From an uncultured Pseudomonadota bacterium (GTDB taxonomy: Bacteria > Pseudomonadota > Alphaproteobacteria > Rs-D84), in assembly GCA_900321105.1 (NCBI GenBank), contig OOHL01000003.1, positions 17,516 through 81,515 on the forward strand: 64,000 nucleotides of DNA, given 5' to 3'. The first letter of the stretch is position 1; each line of letters starts with the position of its first letter. The notes under the pieces were generated by a model, which worked only from the letters and a program-made list of their open reading frames with translations, was not told where the DNA came from and searched no databases. Position numbers and translations under genes: made by a program. Positions 59,475-64,000 of this stretch are shown one piece after another.

Positions 59475-60863
59475 ATGAAAAATAAGTATTATGTATCAAC
59501 ATTATCTTTGGTTGCTTGTATCGCATTGACAGGATGTGCCGGGACCAGAAATGACGCACAAAATGCGGAATATGATATGCCTGCGGTTGAATATGTTGAA
59601 AATTTAAATGTTAATGATGCACCGCATCAAGATTCCTTTTTAAATCAATTGGCAATGAATTACAGATCTTATGCAATTTATAATGCCAGAACCAGTGGTT
59701 ATCCAGATATTGCCGAACTGTTTGCACAAAAGGCCATCGGGGCATTTTCTGGTGAAACACCTTTCCCAGAATCTTTGGATAATTGGCAGATTAGAAACGA
59801 AAGCGAAAGATTTGAAATATATACTGCATATAATAAGTTAATGGATGAATTAAGGGATGATGCCACGCAATTGCAACCACAACTTGCCGCCGAAGCACAG
59901 GCAAAATTTGATTGTTGGATTTCTGCTGCGGCCAGTGGACAGAATGCCACTGCACAAGAATGCAAGGCGCGTTTTGAATCAAGTTTGCAAACATTAACAG
60001 ATTGTGCAAATGGCAAAGTTATTGCCCCAACACATGTTAAATCTGAAAATCTGACTCCGCAGGTTGCAGAAGAAAAATATTATCCAGAAACACGTCGTTT
60101 GAACGCAATGTCTGGAACGTCACGTTCACGCGAAGGGGTTGTTATTGTTAATAATGTAAACATTCCTGGAAATTTGATTCAACCTGTGCCTGTGACACAA
60201 CAACCATCAATGATATTTAATCAAAATATTTATGGTGGCGAAGAAAACGCAACTGCGGGTGACGATGTAATAAATGCCAATGGTTTGGATGATAATTATG
60301 TATCAAGGGATGAATTCGTTGATATGATGATGGCTATGCGTGCCGAATTGGCGGCGATAAATGCTCGTTTGGATGAAATGGGTAATGGGGACAAGACTGT
60401 TATCAAAGTTCAACAGATTCCGCTTGAACCAAAACAACATGTTATGGAAGAAGTGTTCGAAATCCACTTTGATTTTGACAAGGCCAGAATTAAACCAGAA
60501 TACGAAGATGTAATCAGAAAATTAGCTGCTACAACCCAGGCTAACAAAAATGTGAAAGTTTCGGTTGTTGGGCATACTGATACAGCCGGTTCCAGTTCTT
60601 ATAACTATGCACTTGGTGGTCGCAGGGCAGAAGCTGTTCAAAAAATGTTGATTGAATACGGTATTCCGTCTGCACAGATTATTGCCGTGTCCGCCGGTGA
60701 AGAAGATTTGAAAGTTCAAACACCAAACAATACACCAAATGCGGAAAATCGTCGTGTTCGTGTTGTAAAAGAAGTTCATTATACAGAACCTGCACCACAA
60801 GTGGCACCAATCGTTGTTGAAGAGTATTCTGAAACAGATGAAGATTGTGTTGAATGCAAATAA
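59475..60863 (+). CDS. OmpA-family lipoprotein (Pal-like C-terminal peptidoglycan-binding domain)
   Basis: Lipobox LTGCAG. C-terminal OmpA domain (VVGHTDTAGSSSYNYALGGRRAEAV). The ~300-aa N-terminal region is of unknown function. Confidence 0.8.
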   Translation: MKNKYYVSTLSLVACIALTGCAGTRNDAQNAEYDMPAVEYVENLNVNDAPHQDSFLNQLAMNYRSYAIYNARTSGYPDIAELFAQKAIGAFSGETPFPESLDNWQIRNESERFEIYTAYNKLMDELRDDATQLQPQLAAEAQAKFDCWISAAASGQNATAQECKARFESSLQTLTDCANGKVIAPTHVKSENLTPQVAEEKYYPETRRLNAMSGTSRSREGVVIVNNVNIPGNLIQPVPVTQQPSMIFNQNIYGGEENATAGDDVINANGLDDNYVSRDEFVDMMMAMRAELAAINARLDEMGNGDKTVIKVQQIPLEPKQHVMEEVFEIHFDFDKARIKPEYEDVIRKLAATTQANKNVKVSVVGHTDTAGSSSYNYALGGRRAEAVQKMLIEYGIPSAQIIAVSAGEEDLKVQTPNNTPNAENRRVRVVKEVHYTEPAPQVAPIVVEEYSETDEDCVECK

Positions 60864-60928
60864 CAAGGTGTGTTGCAATGAAAATTAAAAAAGAAGTAGA
60901 TGAATAAAGAATATTGACAAAAATACGC

Positions 60929-60957
60929 TTGACAAAAAAATTTGTTTAGTGTATTAT
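60929..60957 (+). promoter_or_regulatory. Sigma-70-like promoter TTGACA-N17-TATTAT
   Basis: Perfect -35, 17-bp spacer and a good -10. It lies upstream of a small K/A-rich ORF (start 60998). Confidence 0.5.
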
Positions 60958-60997
60958 GTCCGTAATTGATAGAGAGAAAAGCGCAAAAGGTATAAAA

Positions 60998-61144
60998 ATG
61001 GCGAAGCAAGACTCTTTTAAAAAAGCAGCGGAAAACGCAAAAACTGCGGGTTTCAAGAAAGCTGTGGCAAAGATTGATTCCAGACGAACAGTGAATTTGA
61101 TGGAACAATTTAATGCTCGTAATATGTTTGAAAAGGCTGCCTAA
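60998..61144 (+). CDS. Small Lys/Ala-rich hypothetical protein (48 aa)
   Basis: ORF downstream of a good promoter. The listed ORF start at 60956 lies inside the promoter. Confidence 0.3.
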   Translation: MAKQDSFKKAAENAKTAGFKKAVAKIDSRRTVNLMEQFNARNMFEKAA

Positions 61145-61182
61145 ATAATCTGGCGATTCGGTTGGGGCGGTGTTTTAGCCCC

Positions 61183-61211
61183 TTGACTTTTACCTCTTTT
61201 TCCCCTATAAT
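61183..61211 (+). promoter_or_regulatory. Sigma-70 promoter TTGACT-N17-TATAAT upstream of rho
   Basis: Consensus-like hexamers with 17-bp spacing give a ~55-nt leader before the rho start at 61269. Confidence 0.55.
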
Positions 61212-61268
61212 AAACTTATCAAAAGCAGCGAAGTTCTTCGTTTGCGATTTCCACAAAAAGGTTTTTTT

Positions 61269-62537
61269 ATGCATGTAAATGAATTAAAGACAAAGTCTCC
61301 TCAACAATTGTTGAAGATGGCTGAAGATATGGGGATTGAAAATCCTTCCCAATTAAATGTTCAACAATTGCGTTTCGCGGTTATGCGTGTTTATGCCGCC
61401 GATAAATCAATCGTTCTTATTGGTGATGGCGTTTTGGAACGTATGCCAGATGGTTTTGGTTTCTTGCGTGCCCCGGAAAGTAATTATTTGGCGGGACCTG
61501 ATGATTTGTATGTATCGCCAAATTTGATTAAAAAATATGGTCTTAAAACAGGTGACTATGTCGAAGGTCAAATTCAGGCACCACAAAATGAATCTGAACG
61601 TTATTTCGCATTGGAAACAATTGAACGTGTAAATGGGGATGATCCGGAAAAATTGCGCCATCGTATTTCTTTTGATGATATGACACCGCTTTATCCAGAT
61701 GAAAAATTGCAAATGGAAGTGCCAGATGATACAGACAAAGGTCGCAATTTATCCGCACGTGTTATTGATTTGATTTCACCAACGGGTAAAGGGCAACGTT
61801 CACTGATTGTTGCACCACCAAGAACTGGTAAAACAGTCATGTTGCAAAATATTGCACATTCAATTGCAACTAATTATCCAGATGTTAAATTGATAGTTCT
61901 TTTGATTGATGAACGTCCAGAAGAAGTTACGGATATGCAACGCAGTGTTCGTGGCGAAGTTATTTCATCAACATTCGATGAACCAGCAACACGTCATATT
62001 CAGGTCGCAGAAATGGTAATTGAAAAAGCCAAGCGTTTGGTCGAAGCAGGTCAAGATGTTGTTATCTTGTTGGATTCTATTACACGTTTGGGACGTGCGT
62101 ATAATACGGTTGTCCCATCCAGTGGCAAGGTTTTAACCGGTGGTGTTGATGCGTATGCGTTGCAACGTCCAAAACGTTTCTTTGGTGCCGCCCGTAATAT
62201 CGAAGGCGGTGGTTCGTTGACTATTATCGCAACCGCTTTGATTGATACAGGTTCAAAGATGGATGAAGTTGTTTTCGAAGAATTCAAAGGAACAGGTAAC
62301 AGTGAAATCATCTTAGACAGAAAATTGTCTGACAAGCGTGTGTATCCTGCGATTGATATTACTAAATCCGGAACCCGCAAAGAAGATTTATTGGTATCCA
62401 AAGATACATTATCAAAAATGTATGTTTTGCGTCGTATAATAAACCCAATGGGAACATTGGAAGCAATGGAATTTTTGTTGGATAAATTACGATTGACCAA
62501 AACAAACGATGATTTCTTTAATTCGATGAATCAATAA
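61269..62537 (+). CDS. rho: Transcription termination factor Rho
   Basis: [15 protein letters not shown]... Cold-shock-like RNA-binding domain and the ATPase motif PPRTGKT. Confidence 0.95.
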   Translation: MHVNELKTKSPQQLLKMAEDMGIENPSQLNVQQLRFAVMRVYAADKSIVLIGDGVLERMPDGFGFLRAPESNYLAGPDDLYVSPNLIKKYGLKTGDYVEGQIQAPQNESERYFALETIERVNGDDPEKLRHRISFDDMTPLYPDEKLQMEVPDDTDKGRNLSARVIDLISPTGKGQRSLIVAPPRTGKTVMLQNIAHSIATNYPDVKLIVLLIDERPEEVTDMQRSVRGEVISSTFDEPATRHIQVAEMVIEKAKRLVEAGQDVVILLDSITRLGRAYNTVVPSSGKVLTGGVDAYALQRPKRFFGAARNIEGGGSLTIIATALIDTGSKMDEVVFEEFKGTGNSEIILDRKLSDKRVYPAIDITKSGTRKEDLLVSKDTLSKMYVLRRIINPMGTLEAMEFLLDKLRLTKTNDDFFNSMNQ

Positions 62538-62567
62538 AAAGTCCGCCAATATGGCGGATTTTTTTAA
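62537..62567 (+). terminator. Rho-independent terminator after rho
   Basis: aaagtccgccaatatggcggattttttt. Confidence 0.75.
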
Positions 62568-62732
62568 AAGGTGATGATATGAATAAATTATATATGGTTA
62601 TTATAGTTGGCGCGGTTTGCGCCGTTTTTTATTTTTATGGAATAAATGTAGGAAACTCGAAATGCACAATACAAAATTTCCAAGAACAAATAGATTTAAC
62701 AAAACAAAATCAAACAAAAGAAAGGATATTAA

Positions 62733-62918
62733 ATGAAACAGTATATAAAACTGGTGTGGCTGATATTCGTCGCATCTTGCGCGATAAATACTCAATCAAG
62801 GAATAGGGCAATTTGTGATTGTGAAATAATTTATGGGCATGCACACGATTGGGAAAACATCAGTGATGATTTGGCACGCAATATTTATAAACACAATTTA
62901 AAGTGTGAAAAAAACTAG
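62733..62918 (+). CDS. Small putative lipoprotein (61 aa)
   Basis: Lipobox-like LIFVASC. It overlaps the also-small ORF 62579-62806, which has an N-terminal TM segment, in another frame. Both are uncertain. Confidence 0.25.
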   Translation: MKQYIKLVWLIFVASCAINTQSRNRAICDCEIIYGHAHDWENISDDLARNIYKHNLKCEKN

Positions 62919-63748
62919 TCAAAAGTTTTTGCAACAATGCCAATCAATTCACGAACAACATTTTCGCTTTGTTTGTCACCAGAAACAGCCCATTCAACAA
63001 ATTCAAAATTTATTGCATCGCTAAATTCCGCAACAAAGGCGCGCGCAAAATCAAGTGATAATCCATTTGGTTCTGGAACCCAGACATCTTTGAAATATTT
63101 TTCATCAATTCCGTCAAAATCGAAAGAAACAACAAATTTTCTGTTACCAATTCTGTTGTGAACTTCTTTGAATGCAGCTTTCCAATCAGATTCATTTTGT
63201 AATTGGGAAGGTGCGCGATAAAATATATTATTATCTTTGACATATTGTATTTCGGATGGTTCAAATGAACGTGATCCAAAATAAAATAAATTTTCTTTTT
63301 TCAATACAGGTTTTTTTATTGGCAATGATAACCAACGCGCATCACCTTCGCCCAAAAGGTGTCTGACATTTGTTCCGTGTGGCGCACCAGATGCTTCGGC
63401 TTTGGAAGATTCTGGTGTATGAATATCCAGATGTGCATCAAAATATACTAAACAAATATCTTCGTCTGGGTATTGGTCTGCGATTGCAGAAAAATGCGAA
63501 AAATTAACACTGTGGTCACCACCAATAAAAATATGTTTTTCATTTGGTGTATTTGGATATATCAATTTGTGCATATTAAATGTATCGCCAAAACGATCGG
63601 TATTGTCCACAACGGGCGGTGTAATAATTTTCCAATCTGCCATTGGAAACATTTTTTGAACGGCATGTGGGGCCAGTGCAGGTCCAACATTATCCATTAA
63701 CTTTGCCGTAGCACCGCGGCTATATTCAACGCCAAGGAATTTTATCAT
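62915..63748 (-). CDS. Arginase/agmatinase/formiminoglutamase family hydrolase
   Basis: Mn-binding motifs GGDHS and DAHLD. 277 aa. Confidence 0.7.
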   Translation of the reverse strand: MIKFLGVEYSRGATAKLMDNVGPALAPHAVQKMFPMADWKIITPPVVDNTDRFGDTFNMHKLIYPNTPNEKHIFIGGDHSVNFSHFSAIADQYPDEDICLVYFDAHLDIHTPESSKAEASGAPHGTNVRHLLGEGDARWLSLPIKKPVLKKENLFYFGSRSFEPSEIQYVKDNNIFYRAPSQLQNESDWKAAFKEVHNRIGNRKFVVSFDFDGIDEKYFKDVWVPEPNGLSLDFARAFVAEFSDAINFEFVEWAVSGDKQSENVVRELIGIVAKTFD

Positions 63749-63749
63749 T

Positions 63750-64000
63750 GATAGCTCTCTATTACACTTTCGGCTGCATCTTGTATTTTTTGCAGACTTT
63801 TTTCATAAGTTTCACAATCGCGTGCAATCTCAGATTTATATGCATCGCGCAAATTCGAAGCCATATAATAGCAACCACGTAAATGTTGAACACAATATTG
63901 ATGTCCGGTATTAAATGCGTTTTGTCCACGAACACGACTTTGAGTATCTGCCCATTCAATATTAAGTGCATTATCTATGTTAACCCATGGATTATCACCA
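63750..64000 (-). CDS. Partial ORF (C-terminal ~83 aa) of an unknown protein; its stop overlaps the start of the arginase-family gene (ATGA)
   Basis: Open frame on the minus strand, ...CVQHLRGCYYMASNLRDAYKSEIARDCETYEKSLQKIQDAAESVIESYQ*. It is truncated by the window edge. Confidence 0.4.

Noticed and set aside
62579-62806. ORF 62579-62806 (75 aa, N-terminal TM), a possible frameshifted partner of 62733-62918
   Set aside because: The two ORFs overlap in different frames, but the downstream one has its own lipoprotein signal, so a frameshift fusion is unlikely. Both are kept as low-confidence small genes.
1-64000. CRISPR arrays, rRNA operons, transposases, integrases and restriction-modification pairs
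   Set aside because: No spaced direct-repeat arrays, no rRNA-like conserved stretches and no IS-type terminal inverted repeats were found. None of the large ORFs shows DDE or tyrosine-recombinase motifs. The CcrM gene is the only methyltransferase and it has no partner.

Overview
This is a low-GC (~35%) bacterial window with alphaproteobacterial hallmarks. Those are a CcrM-type adenine methyltransferase, CarD/CdnL, nrdR, lptC-lptB, and sigma-32-type heat-shock promoters on clpP and groESL. It also shows signs of genome reduction: lptC is fused directly to lptB with no lptA, rpoN is absent at its usual locus, and overlapping ORFs are common. Most of the window is housekeeping backbone: nrdR, slt, rnhB, pgk, clpP, clpX, infA, ctpA, PFOR/nifJ, bamE, carD, ssb, groES/groEL, tilS-ftsH, prmC, eno, lptB/lptC and rho. 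Two accessory blocks are embedded in it. The first block is positions 1-7254 plus 14904-22355. It holds an expanded paralogous family of very large (700-900 aa), signal-peptide-bearing proteins with about 30-40 cysteines each. There are six copies, one truncated by the window edge. They share a conserved cysteine framework, an acidic patch, a QYCITGRQV motif, Gly/Ala-rich hydrophobic 'zipper' segments and a C-terminal CxxC...C-E-[DE]-I-[KN]-x terminus. I cannot assign the family to any characterised domain, and it is the best candidate for an undescribed cell-surface or envelope system. The second block is 34933-45063, an island anchored on a tRNA-Gln(CUG) gene. The tRNA 3' end is duplicated four times, apparently as relic attachment sites. 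The island carries a 1160-aa autotransporter, a secreted protein with a perfect 15-bp (SQEQQ)n tandem repeat plus coiled coil, a lipoprotein esterase and orphan hypotheticals. Other notable items are a Fic/Fido protein with a degenerate catalytic motif, set convergent to an APH-like kinase, and a pyruvate:ferredoxin oxidoreductase that implies an oxygen-limited niche. CtpA also carries a low-complexity KSDEK tail. No rRNA, CRISPR, transposase or integrase genes were seen.
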